Shown: one piece after another, positions 23,701 through 36,539 of the stretch | How the letters are laid out: each line of letters begins with the position of its first letter | How positions within the stretch are numbered: position 1 is the stretch's first letter | Source: Rhina ancylostomus | Taxonomy: Eukaryota | Assembly (NCBI GenBank): GCA_030265395.1 | Contig: JARFYF010000094.1 | Span: 33,469,913 to 33,533,912 of the forward strand | Direction of reading: 5' to 3' | Length of the DNA: 64,000 nt | Program-made: the position numbers and the translations under genes | Notes under the pieces: model-generated | What the model was told of the DNA's origin: nothing | The model's input: only the letters and a program-made list of their open reading frames with translations | Databases searched by the model: none

Positions 23701-26700
23701 CATCACCATTGTAAATCCTTAAGGGATTTCATACACAATGTAGAAATTTCTTTATTCAGAAAAAATCTGCAGCAGTGAGATTCTTCCAATTTAAATTATA
23801 TTTATTATTATTATAACCTTACATTGAGTGGCATAATCACACAGAAGACTCAGGAACTCAAATCATACAGATGTGAACTACAACCTTTCCCCAGTCAAAA
23901 TAGCCAATGGACAAAGGCGGTTAACATTAAAATGCTTCAGAAAGAATAATAAATCTACACCTTCTGTGAGACACAGAAGGCTGAGATGTGATGGTAAATT
24001 TTACATTTTCACAGATTGACTATAATTCAAAAGAGAAAATCCACAAAACAACAACTACATAGTTTGGGCAGCAACACCAATCTGATTCTAATATCTCATA
24101 TTCGAGTTAACTTTTTTTGATACACAAAACATTTCTTAAAATCTTTAATCTTTGTTGAAATATTTTAACTGCAAATATGTATAGAGCATTTACAAAGAAA
24201 TTCCACATCCATACAACCAATTTGAAGTGTTGGGGATATGCTCTATACTATATTTGTGAGAAACCATTATGAATACATAATCACAGCCCAAATTCTGCTT
24301 TATACAAGCAAGAAATGGAACTGGCTGATGCTGACAATATTGTTTAAAATAACTTCTCTTTTCAAAACGAAAGCAGCTTCATCCAAATATTGGTTACAAC
24401 ACTCATATAGATGACAGCAATATCGCTGTCTTGCTATTTCAGCTAGTTTTCCTGACTGGGCATAATGCCAACAAGGGTAGACCGCCCCTTGTTGTCACTT
24501 CTATAGTGTGGCATTTGCACCAACTGCTGTTATTCTGGGCTTCAGGAAATATTCTAACCACTGGATGGGCTCCAGTGCTGTGCAGTAATGAGTTGCAGAT
24601 TTGAGCACTTTGGTGTGCATATGCAGGGACAATGCTATGGTGTGTACAGCACAGTAGTTCAAATGCTGTTTCCACAAACTAAAGGAAAAAGACCTTGGCT
24701 CACAACACAAAAAGCTTCAGACTTTGAAGAAAGGTAAGTATTCATCTCCCACCGTGATCCACATTCAGCCAGCTTTCAGAATGAGAGAAAACATGGCACT
24801 ATTTGACCTTAGTAAGAAACCCTCTAAACCACACAATGATTTAGTTTAAGTCATTATTAGGATGTGAGTTATGCTTTTTTATAACATGTGGATTTCTATT
24901 CAGAAAAGAAGAATTAAGCAACTGCAAAATTATAATGTCTCTTGTTTTGAGTTCAGCCTACTTCTTAAGCCAGTTAATATTATACAGGAAATAATGAGTA
25001 CTGTTTGCAAAGATCATGTCATAATGTTTTCATCGTCCCTTGTACAAATTTTTATGATACGAAGACATCAGACAAATTTCACCCCATAAGAAAACTACAT
25101 GAATGAAAGGCACTTTGAACAGAGAACAGTTGGTTGTTCTGACAATTCTCATGTACACTAATCCAAAACATTAAATTTAGTTCCACATCCTGCTACACAG
25201 TTTGGTTTGATAGCTTTTTTTTCACACAAATGAAAAAACCTCAGCATACATAGTTCTTGCATTACCTCATGCCTACATGCAATATGTTGACTTCACTTGT
25301 TTAAACTACACATTAAGAAGTTCATTGTGGAACCATGTGGACATAACATCTTCAACACAGCTGCACATCACATAAACCGCAATAGGTGGCAGCAGTCTTC
25401 CCATGATTCCAAACAGAGCAGAATATTATTTCCACAATTTTAATGCCCCTGCTTGTGGCAGTGTTACAAAATAAAACTATATTTTTCCACAGTATTAGTG
25501 GACTATCAGCAAGGGTCCAGCGCTGTAGTTCCTAATTACCTTCTTCTTCACTCTTGATCCTGTGGCTCTCATAATTAGTTACCTGGGGCTGCAATCCAAT
25601 TTGAAGTGATGACAAGAAAGTGATCCATGAAAAGTAATAAGTTAAATCCAATTTCAGTCTGCCTCTAATTAAATGCACATGGAACTAATGACTCAACCCT
25701 ACCATTTCAGTGATAATGTTAATTAGCTAGGTGGGAGTCTCTTTTGCAGTATTCTATGTGTAAACCAAGTAATAGGGGGAAGGGATGTCCATAATTACAC
25801 GTGACATTTTTTGGAAAATTGTCAGCAATTTGCACGTTTATGATTAGTCAAATATATTTAGTTTGTCTTTTGTATCTCCTTTAAAAAAAACTGTTGTATG
25901 CTGTACATCTGTTTGAAGAATTGATTTGCACTCCAGGCTATGTTTTGCATTCTAATACGAGAAGCTAATAATATTTTGTACAATATCTGCCTCACATAAC
26001 CCACAAACACAGAATTTAAAATCATTCTGTAAGTCCAATTTAACTGAAAACTAATGATGGCTCAGGCAGAATAATACTTTAGTCACTTAAAGCAAAAGAG
26101 AGCAACAGCCCGGTGGGCCTAAACTGGATCAACACTCAGACCATTTTACAACAATTGGCTTAATTCATACTCCAGAATCGATTCCCCTACATTTTGCAGC
26201 AATTATTATCTTTGCTAGTTTAAGGTCTATGAAGTTTTCGCAAGACAACAGGAAAGCAATTTCTACATGTCGGGCAAGCTTGAGTACACAGAATTAAATT
26301 CGGTGAGCCTAATACCCCAACAATCTATGTGAGTGTGTTGGCGTGTGTGCACACACACACACTTGCATGCACTTAAAAGAATACAATTGTTCATATCCAG
26401 TCACATTTGAGATGTAAGTGGTGGATTGAAGAGGTATCCAAGTAGAATTTTAATTGTCAATCAAATAATAATGACAAAAATGACCTAATCACTCCCATGA
26501 AAGTCACTTATTTTACTTGGTGAGTCGGTGAAGGGACAACGGTCAGCAATACGAGCATCTTATAATAGTCAGCTGAGTTACTCAGCTGATCATGAATTGC
26601 TTCAATATTAACCCTCCATCTGCAGTGACCCTGGTGCTTGAATCCTTCAAATTAAAAATATGAAATCACCAGAAAATCCTTCCCCAACGTGTTTTAATCA

Positions 26701-27004
26701 CTATCAGATGTTTAAAGATCATTTATTTTTAAACCACTGCATCTAAAGTTAGTCTTCAAAGAAGGTGCAGTGAAGAATTAATCCAGTGAGAATTTTAAAT
26801 AGATCCTAGGCAGAATTGCTGTTCAACACTAAATTATTTGAATTCGTCAATTCAACAATTAGTTTGGGGTGGAGGTGTGGGAAGAACAGGATAAGGCTAC
26901 CATTGGCCACTAAGATCTTGGGTTATTAATCAGAAAGTTAGCCAGTTCCATGACTCATACACAAATGCTCTGTCTTAGGATGTTACTGGAGGAGAGGGCA
27001 TTCA

Positions 27005-27315
27005 TCCATCTATTGGACGAGACATTAAACTGAAACCCTGTCTGCTCTTGAACATAACATGACACCATTTCGAAGAAGAGCATGGGAATTAGCCCTGGTG
27101 TTCTGGCCAATATTTATCTTTCAACCAACATCACAGAAACAGTCATAAGAAAATGATCGCATTGCTATTTCTGGAAGACTGCTGTACATAAATTGGCAGC
27201 TGCATTTCCTATATAACAGCAGTAACCACCCTTTAAGGTACTTCATTGGTTGTAAAGTGCTTTGGGATGTCCTGTAAGGGGCATGAAAGGCACTATACAA
27301 ACACAAGTGTTTTAG
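27005..27315 (+). mobile_element. Deu-domain SINE (SacSINE1-like), 3' part
   Basis: gagacattaaactgaaaccctgtctgc, tttcgaagaagagca, ctggccaatatttatctttcaaccaacatcac, tacttcattggttgtaaagtgctttgggatgtcctg...gaaaggcactata. Confidence 0.85.
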
Positions 27316-28148
27316 TGTTTCTTTTAGGACTGGAGTTCAGAGAGGCACACCGTACTAAGTTGATAATAAATTTTCAACAAAAATCTCATAACTATCATTT
27401 TTTGTTTCTTATACTTTTAGTTTGAAATTGTCCTTACTCATATAAATCTTCCTCTGCTATAAACATTTTGCAATCCTAGTTCAATGCAACTATATTTAAA
27501 ACTGTTTAAGGAAATGCAGAAGCTTACTTCTCTCATGTACAGTTTTATTGTGTCATTAAAAAAGGCAACAATGCACATTACTGAATTATATTTAATATAA
27601 CATCAATGAGAACAACAGAACACAGACCAGAGATATCAATCATTAAATAGAGGGTGTATACATTTAAATATAAATGTTAAATATCCAAGTTAGCATCACA
27701 ATGATGGAAAGGTGCACTTAATTCAAATGACTTCATAAAATATTAATAATGACATTCAGTTTGATCATCAAGCTTTCATAAGAATCAACAGTTAACTTTA
27801 AAAAAATCTTCCACTTGGTGGCTACTGTTGATCTCTGTAACAAAAATTCCTAGCTTGGGTATAAAAAGTGATTAGTTTTGGTCCTTTCCGATTATTTGAA
27901 TCCTCGCCAACATACTGAAGGAAGTTATTTTTCATTTTCCTTGGGAATTTTCAAAAACATTAGCACAACAAAGCAATTCTTTGGTGCCTAATGTCCAACC
28001 TATTAAACGATAGCTCATTAAGTGATGACTATATTGTCAGTCCATTAAATATGGCACATGACAGTTAGGCCAAGCTGTACATGGGTTCCATCCAAAAAAG
28101 AACTAAGTACACACATTATGCATCATCTATATAAAAAAATACACTTAC

Positions 28149-28238
28149 CTGTAGGGTTGGTTGCTTGTCATTTCCCTTGGGAGACTTCAACCCACTAGCT
28201 TGTTGCTGTAGCAGAAGCTGCCGTGCAACTTGAAGAGC
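28149..28238 (-). CDS. FOXP1: Forkhead box P (FOXP1) internal coding exon, N-terminal Q-rich region
   Basis: 90 nt, phase 0-0, acceptor ttctttttttatgtag|GCT and donor CAG|gtaagt. Translates [34 protein letters not shown] and NDKQPxLQ favour FOXP1 over FOXP2 (ALQA..SSDKQRPLQ) and FOXP4. Not listed in the ORF track. Confidence 0.9.
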
Positions 28239-29553
28239 CTACATAAAAAAAGAATAACATTCACCTTTTAACCATAAATACACCCAATGGGACAGTTTAC
28301 TACTCCATAATACAAAGAAGAATAACAGCAAATAGTGTTGCATACCATTTGTTTTATCATCAAAAACTACAAGTTAATAACATTTAAACAGATAAACCAA
28401 ATTTATTTCCATTGATGGCAGTGCCACATATAATTCTGCAGCATTAAATTCTGCAAGTCTCTTTAAAGCTAACAGTGCTTTTATTGAACATAAATGTGCA
28501 TCAACAAAAAAAAAATCTGCATTTCAATGTCTCTTTTTCCACTAAAATTTCAGGCTATATTGATGGATGGTTGTCATTTGATATGAAATTTTCAAAGGGA
28601 ACAATACATTATGAAAAGCTGGCTAGCACGTTCCAGAACAGCTAAGCCAAAGAATCCCTTGTGGCTGTGAGTGGGAGAAAAATAAAATGGGACATTGCAA
28701 AATGTTCTACAAACTAAAAGAAAAACAAAAATTGTAAGGACAATCCTAACACTATGAAAAGTTAGATCCAGATAAAATTATTGGCCAAATCATATGTGTT
28801 CACAAATACAATGCACTCTGGGGTACATCAGAAATGAATTTAAAAAATTATGACATAATATCAAAACCAAAATCATACCCTAGATTGTTGGCTTTAAAAG
28901 AGTTCAGATGCACTTAAACATAGACTGGCTGCTGGAAAGTAAAACCCGGCACAGTTGTTTTATGCCCAAGCTACTCCCTTTTCCTTCTGATAAATAATCA
29001 GAGACTGTCCAGAATAAACAAAACCAATAAGCTGGGAAATTTGATGGCCATCAGAACTATGAAGATACCAACAGAAAGCAACTCATAGTTCCCACAGTGA
29101 CTTAGTTCCACACCTACATCAGCATAACATCTGAGTAAATAAATTCAGTCACTCTTTCCATTCCCCTCCCCCATGTGATTACTCCTACTAGAAAACAGTT
29201 CAGATCAGTTTCAAATATCGGACCGCTGTTAAGCACAAAAGACAATTTTAATGCAGTTGGATTTTATTTTGCCAATATGTTTTGTGCATGCTTTAAGACT
29301 GCATATTCTTTGTTACCATCTGTTATTTGACTCTATTTATCATGACTTTTTAGTTATACACTCATATACAACACAAATTGATCAAATATAAACTAATTCT
29401 TCGTAACATTTTCCTTACTCCTCAGCATGACCTAATTTACCACCAATTTAAGGTTAAATCGTAACATTTGCATCTTTCGACAACTCCCTTATTCAGCTCA
29501 TCAGTATTGTTTCATGTGACAGATTTAATTCTGGATATGACACAAACAATTAC

Positions 29554-29830
29554 AGAGAAAGTGGGGAAGTTTACCGAAAGAGCTTAGTGCCTCTAAATTT
29601 CCGTCGGCTTGCAGTTGTTCTTTGGCTGTTGCTGTAGAGCGGGGGTTGAAGAATGGTGTAAAGATGTTGAATAAACAGGAAGTGCTGTGCAGCTGAAACA
29701 CACTGAAATGAAAATATACTGGAAGGCTGCCCTTTCTGGCCAGCTAAAAAGGCCCGTTTCCACAGTAGCAATACCCACATAAGTAAATGAGAAATAAACA
29801 AAAAAGTACAATACCCATCTTGACTTTGCT
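29554..29830 (-). promoter_or_regulatory. FOXP1: Candidate FOXP1 alternative first exon / internal promoter, non-coding here
   Basis: Minus-strand pieces in shifting frames (FQCV; HSTSCLF; HSSTPALQQQP; TEI; FS|gtaatt) match, in order, the alternative human FOXP1 N-terminus recalled as MFQCVFSSSVLQPHSTSCLFKHLFYHSATPASQKQPEPIYSKKTEIQRQTVRAPFAKLFIFS-ALQVARQ. The 5' boundary is unknown. Confidence 0.7.
29671..29683 (+). promoter_or_regulatory. FOX:ETS composite motif
   Basis: ATAAACAGGAAGT is a forkhead TAAACA overlapping an ETS ACAGGAAGT. Confidence 0.6.
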
Positions 29831-30611
29831 CTCAAATTTATCCTTGATTCTACTCATGATAATGCTCCCTTCTGTCAGGTGTGTGCCTCTATACAAACAT
29901 CTTCCAGCATAGAAAACTATTGCTGCTTTACAACACTCCAAGGCTAGACAGCTTGTAAAAAGATGAGCTGCCACACAAACGTTTACAATATAACTGGAAC
30001 AAAATTCCTTTAGAAATCTTAGTTCTGTTGTGGCAACTGCCTGCTGGCTCACAGGGACTGATTTGTTATTTTGCACAGTCTCAGCCTGTCTGTCATCCTG
30101 GGTGCTAATGCTCCAGTAAAATAACTCATTGGGAGNNNNNNNNNNAGCTGTCATAGGGATGTTTACACAAGACTATTCCTTTCTTCATACAAGGAAATTT
30201 TTTTCTGGAACTCATCTTCTTTTGATCTCACATTCAAAGCAACACCACCGTGATAGACATACAAGTCTTAAAGCAAATCCAGACACCAGAGATAAACTAC
30301 CAAAGGCTGACAGACAGCAGCAACTAAAGCTCACAAATGTGGGTAACAGCATGTTGTCTGAGTATGTATTATGACAAACCCAAGACGTATATTAGGTGGA
30401 GTTGACTGTTCGTATATTAATGTTCAGAAAGGCAGGATCATATGACCAATATGCTGCTTAGTAAAGCACAGGGAGCATAAGTCATAGTGACTATATCACA
30501 ATATTAGAAGTTTTTATGGTTTTAAACTGATAATCTACAAAAACTGGATTCTGAAAATATTAAAGAAAGGTTGCAGTGCACATGTGCCAAAATGTAAATA
30601 TTAGAGACAAC

Positions 30612-32450
30612 TAAGAAACATAAGAAATAGAATCAGGAGTGGACCATTTGGCCCCTCAATCCTGATCTCCCTATTCAATGAATTTGTTACTGATCCTTTA
30701 CCTCAGCACCACTTTTGTGTACTCATCCCTTTTCACTTGATTCCATTAATATCTAAAAATCCACCTCAACCTCTATCTCAAATGTACTCGACAACTGGGT
30801 CCTCTGGGATACAGAATTCCAAAAATTCTCTGCCCTCTAGGTGAAGAAATGTTTGTCTCATCTCAGTCCTGAGTCACCAAACCCCTCTGCTGAGCCAGTG
30901 ACTTCCAATTCTAAAGGCACCCAGCCAGGCAAAGCATTATTCCTGCATCTATCCTGTCAAGCCCTGTAAGAATATTACACATTTCAATGAGATCACCTCT
31001 CATTTTTCTACACTAAAGAGAGAATAGGGAGTGGTCTGCTTAATCTCTCTTCATGGGGCAAACATCCCAGCCCAGGAATCAATCTGGTGAACCCTCCTTG
31101 TAGTTCCTCTCCGCATGTTCTCCCTCATCAGATAGAGATCAGACTTTAATAGAATATTCCAGTTGTAGCCTAGTACTCAAATCCAACATATAGTTTGTCT
31201 TTCTAATTGCTTGCTGAAGCTGCATGTTAACTTTCAGTAATTTGTGTACAAGAATACAAAGTGTGCTGTTTTGCACTTGTTAGTATATATTGTTCTGTTT
31301 ATTGCTACTTTATTTACTGTTTGCTCTGTGAGCTTCACGCAGGCAAGGAATTTCAATGCACCCTGACGTATATGACAATGTAATCTGAATCTGAATTGAA
31401 GTCCCCCTGAACATGAACATTTTTGTCTTTCATTATTTCAATAACCCTACTAGTCATAGCATCCCAAGTCAAAGACAACCCCATCTATTCTTCTCTTTTC
31501 TGCCTGTTAACCAATCCTCAATCTCAATATTTTCCCTGATCACTAGGTGCTATAATTTTGTTCAGTAACCTCTTGCACGGCACCATATAGGTCTTCTGAA
31601 AGTCAAAATTTATCAAGCCACTGGTACTCCTCATCTGTTCTGCTAGTTACAGCTTCAAAATATTCCAAAAAGATTTATCAAACAGGACATCCCTTTCATA
31701 AATCCATGATGACTCCATTCAATCCTATTTTTATTTTCCATGGGCCTTGCTAGCAGAGTCTTAATAATAGATTCCAGCAATTTCCCAACTACTAACGTCA
31801 GGCTAATTGGTCTGTGGTTCCAATTTTTCTCCATTTCTTAGATAATGGGGTCACATTTGCTACTTTCAAACCTGAGAGAATCATACTAGGATCTTAGGAA
31901 TTTTGGAAGTTGCCAAACAATGCATATTATCTCCATAGATATCTCTTTCAATACCTTGGTGTGCCAATTATCAGGTCCTGGGATTTATTGGCTGATTAGT
32001 TTCCACAATACTTTTTTTTAATTGATGGCAATCTCTTTCTGCTTTTCTTTCACTCTACAATGATTGTCCTCCACTCCTTCTGGGAGTTTTTCTGTGTTTG
32101 CTTCCATGAATACAGATACTTAATATTTGTGCCATTTCCTTAGTCCCCAATATATTTTTTCCTGTCACAGTCTGCAAGGGACCCAAATTAACTTATGCTA
32201 ATCTTTACCCTTTTCTACCCTATAGAAGCTTTTAAAGTCTGTTTTGGTGTTTCTCACAAGAATATTCTTGTATTTTACTTCCCTTTTGAATATCAATTTC
32301 TTGGACTTCCTTTACTGAAATATGAAATCTTCCCAATTCTCAAATTGATTGCTCTTTCTGCCAACATTATCAACTTTTTCCTTTAATGTAACTCTGTCTT
32401 TAACTTCCCTTGTTAGCCAAACCTAGAGCACTTTTCCTGTTGAGTGTGTG
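30612..32450 (-). mobile_element. CR1-type LINE, 5'-truncated and degenerate
   Basis: 3' end aagaaacataagaaatagaatcaggagtggaccatttggcccctc, then typical CR1 RT-region remnants (atccctttcataaatccatg; agattccagcaatttcccaactact). Confidence 0.8.
31258..31400 (+). mobile_element. Short LINE 3' tail (Rex/Babar- or L2-like) nested in CR1
   Basis: caaggaatttcaatgcaccctgacgtatatgacaat followed by an (ATCTGA)n-type tail; it interrupts otherwise continuous CR1 sequence. Confidence 0.55.
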
Positions 32451-32635
32451 TTATAAGGATACATATTTGCTGTTAACAATGTTTTAATTCCTTAAATAAA
32501 AGCTGTATATAAACAGTTTATATCTATGTTGCTACATTTCAATAGTTTTGCAACAATCTGGGAAAGCATGTGAGAAGGCCATAGGCTTCTTCCCATAACA
32601 TTTGATGCCAATATTGACTTTAAATTTGGAAGGAC

Positions 32636-32650
32636 GTGCCATCTAGTGGC
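32636..32650 (-). promoter_or_regulatory. CTCF-like binding motif
   Basis: The reverse complement reads GCCACTAGATGGCAC, fitting the CCASYAGRKGGCRS core. Confidence 0.5.
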
Positions 32651-34967
32651 TTGAGTGTGAATGAAAGAAGTAATACAGATCCATAATCTATATCTGAACT
32701 CTGTAATAAACTTGTACCAAAAAAGATGCAGAGTCAGAAAGTTCAGTTCCTTCAGTACTTTTCCTGAAAATGTAAAATCTTCATGACATATACTTCATGG
32801 ATTCCAGCACCTTCATTATTCAATCAGCAGCGAGTGATAACAGCATGCTTATCTGTCTCAAGCATACTATTCTCATTCAATGTTCATATATGTATACTTC
32901 ATAGCTGGGATAGCGGTATGGCAAATCAAGAGCAGGAACCTTGGTTGATTTTTCCTCAGACTAACTTGGAGTCATTCAGGTCAATTTTTAATGCTCTGTC
33001 TACTATTGCTACTAATGTTAGCTAACTTAGCACATTTGAAGGATCAGACTTGGGAGGCATTCTGCACTGAATGGTTTACTACCAAATCACACAGTGCACA
33101 CATCCAGGTCCATCAAGGACAGCTCAGACAGAACATTCTTATTGGCCAAGGTGGTTATTTCATTTCATATTTAAAACTGAGTAATAACATGCTGACAATA
33201 AATATATTCATGTGATTTTATATAGAAAGCAGGAGAAGCGGTTTCAATTCTATAGCCTGATGCCATCTTTTTTGTTGATGCCAGCATTTTAGTCTTTGGC
33301 TTTAAATTTGCTTTATTATTTTAAATAGATAATATACAAACAATGCAAGTCTAACTATAATTTGCTGTTGTGTAGATATTGACAGAATTCCTTTACTCTT
33401 AGCTAGGTTATAACCTTGAATACATATTCAATGGCTATTCTCTATCAAACACTGTGTTACTTTATGATGATGCAAGCATCAGCAAAATTAGAAGCTATCA
33501 TAAAACAATCAATATTAAAATTTTTGCAATCTGGCTCAAAATTTAATTAAGCAGAACATTATTATTTTACAACAAAATAACCTCAAAAAATGCAACAACT
33601 TAATTTCCTGCACTATACAGTGGCTTTTCACCATTTTTTGTCCCAGGTTTAAATACGTTCCTAAAAATAAGGAAAGTAAGACAAGGCATGGGTACGTCAC
33701 ACCAGCTAAATGTAAGATGGTGAATTCCACTCTTTAGAGATAACCTTGGGCTTGAGAGAGGCAAATCTGGAACACGTACTATCAAGGCTTTGGAGCCTGA
33801 ACTTCGCCCTCAGTGGACTGTTTGAGGAGATTTAAGGCATGCAATGTACCTAGTGAAGTGTAAAAATAAAAACCGATGAAAAATGTAAGTAGGGATGTGA
33901 GGGGCTTGAAGTCAACACGGCTGTAGCACCAAGGCTGTGCTTTAAAAAGGTGCACACAAATGAGTGAAGTTACTTCCTAGAACAAAAGCCATTTAGTGTT
34001 CTTGAACAGTTCCTCGTGCCTGATTCAAAGGCAACATTTACAAATGAAAGGATGGACCAAAGAAGCAAATATAAAGGACTGAAGACATTTTTGCTTAAAA
34101 GGGAGTGACAAAACCAAAATGTTAGTAAAGAAAATTAAAGAAAAAATTATGAACAATACAGCAGTAAAATAGATGTCAGGCAAGACAAAGATAATAAAAG
34201 AATTACAAACCAAGATTGAAGAGGCAAATAAATGAATTCAGTTATCATGTGTTCTCAAGCCAAGATAGTATAAGGCTGATTAAATTTTGGATCTCAATTT
34301 TAAATTCCTGTATTTGATTCCATTCTTGGTTTTATCCTCCTTTATCTCTGTAGGCTTCCCCAGTCCAGAAAGTACTTAAAATCTCTCTGTTCCTACCGTT
34401 CTGGCTATGTGCATCGATTCCTCTTTAATTATAAGCAAAGTCAAAATTTGTTACAAAGAGTAACTAACTACATGAAGCTCAGGGAGATGAGCATTTTACA
34501 GACTCCTCTTGTTTGCTATTTTTACAAAGACATACACAAGAGCTTCCAGGAGCATTGCAAATTAACAATCCTACTCATATGACCACATTGACTACTCCAG
34601 CAATATTAGTGTGGTGGACCACAGTTCACATCTCAGGACCCACTTCTCAAGGAAAGCAGACATCATAATGGAATGCATCATCATCTTCATTATGCCAACA
34701 CAGCCTTTGATCAATTGAGGGAGAGGGGATTTCAAGATCCAGCCTCTGATTTGGCACAGTGCTCATGGTCTACTTGATCACAGTGAGCCCTACCCTCTGA
34801 TATGCTTCATAGTCCTGGACTACCTCATGGAAAAATACTACCAATATATATTCACAAAATCCTCCAAATTCACTGGAAGTATAACTGAACCAACAACAGC
34901 ATCCTCTCCTAAGTCAACAACCCTAATATTGAGGCCCTTGTTACTTTCAGTCAGCTTTGTTGGGTTG

Positions 34968-35097
34968 GAGACACAAGAGACTGCAGATGCTGGAATCTGG
35001 AGCAACACACAAGATACTGGAGGAACTCAGCAGGTCAGGCAGCACTGATGGAGGGAAATGGACAGTTGACATTTCGGGTTGACACCCTTCATCTGTA
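34968..35097. mobile_element. Penelope-derived terminal repeat, single arm
   Basis: acacaagagactgcagatgctggaatctggagcaacacacaagatactggaggaactcagcaggtcaggcagca. Confidence 0.75.
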
Positions 35098-35109
35098 CTG
35101 CTTTGTTGG

Positions 35110-35512
35110 GTTGACTATGTTGTTGACATGCCTGACTCCAGACTCCCAAAATAGACATTCCATTCCATGCTCTGTTGTGGGAGGAGATTACCAAACAGAC
35201 AGAAAAACATTTGCGGATGTGAACAAAGATACCTCTGAGAAGCGCAACATCCCTACTGGCTCCTCGGAACCTCTGATCTATGACCAAAGTGAGAGGACCC
35301 TTTGAGATAGAATTGAGAACCTCAGGGCCTTGCATCAGGAGAACAAAGAAGCTCCACCTCACAAACTACTCACCCACCCACTTCGTCATGCACCTCCTGC
35401 CCCATCTGTGGAAGAGTCTGTGGTTCCCATATTGGTTTCATTAGCCACCCCAGAACCCACAAAGCCAGAGTGGAAACACATTATGCTTGATCCTAAGGAA
35501 CTGCCTAAGAAG
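35110..35512 (+). mobile_element. RTE LINE 3' end
   Basis: Same family as 9420-10580; ends gagtggaaacacattatgcttgatcctaaggaactgcctaagaag. Confidence 0.65.
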
Positions 35513-35919
35513 TGAGGTTATAGCTCTCTTTACATGGTTCCCTTCAAAAAAAGTTCTATTTTTAATTAAAACAAACACCATCACAACAGGCATTAATAAC
35601 GTGCATAGTCCTTCAATCACACTGCTGGCTGCTTCCAAATCTATGATCATTAACTAGTATTTGTCACGTGGGATTCCCACTGCTGTTTAATTATTCCTCT
35701 TACTTTGGAGAATACAGACAGTTCACTGCACCACAGGGGACCTGCATTACAGTGCAGTCCTCAATACTCTGATCTGTGGACAAGTCTCTTTCAGTTCTCT
35801 ACAGAAGGAAGCTACATCGTGCTTCCAATCATCTCTCTGCAGAACGAGTTTTTATTCCTTCATTTCATGCCAATGTAACGATACTAAAATTTCAGATTTA
35901 TGAGACTCTGTGAGAAGGT

Positions 35920-36539
35920 TTCATTTGTCAGGATCTGGACATTGTAGGCAAGGGCATGATATGTTACCCACACCTAATGGACATCAGAAAGTGATCGTGA
36001 GACACCTTCTTGAACCACTACTGCCTGAAGGCACTCCCACAATGCTCTTAAACTGGGAATTTCAGGATTTAGATTCAGTGCATCTCCATGTGCTTATTTA
36101 CCTTATCCTGCTTGCACAGACTGCAGATGAGACACACTGCAACCACAGAGCACCAGCGATGAAAGGAGTGAACGTTTAGGATAGTGGATATGGTGCCAAT
36201 CAAGTAGGCTGTTTTATCCTGGATGGTGTCAACTTTCTTTGTTGAAGCTGCAGTCATCCAAGCAGACAGAGTATTCCATCATGCTCCTGATTTGTGCCTT
36301 GCAGATGGCATACACACTTTACTGTGTCGAGAGATGAGACTCTCATCCCTTGAGTCCCTATGTCTCCCTTTACTGAGGTTCTAGCATGATTTTATTCCTT
36401 GCTGAAAACTCATCTAAAGTACTCATGTATATCTTGACCAAGAACAATGGCTCTGACCTCGTGTTCTAGCCACAGAATGAGTGTGACTGGTCCAGTTGAG
36501 TTTCTGTTCAGTGATGCTTTTCAGATTGCTGATGATGCA
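35920..36539 (-). mobile_element. CR1/L2-group LINE 3' fragment running into a gap
   Basis: ccttcttgaaccactactgcc...ctcccacaatgctc...gggaatttcaggattt, the same family as 18520-19300. Confidence 0.6.

Noticed and set aside
33974-33982. STAT/GAS motif TTCCTAGAA
   Set aside because: A single short motif is expected by chance in 64 kb.
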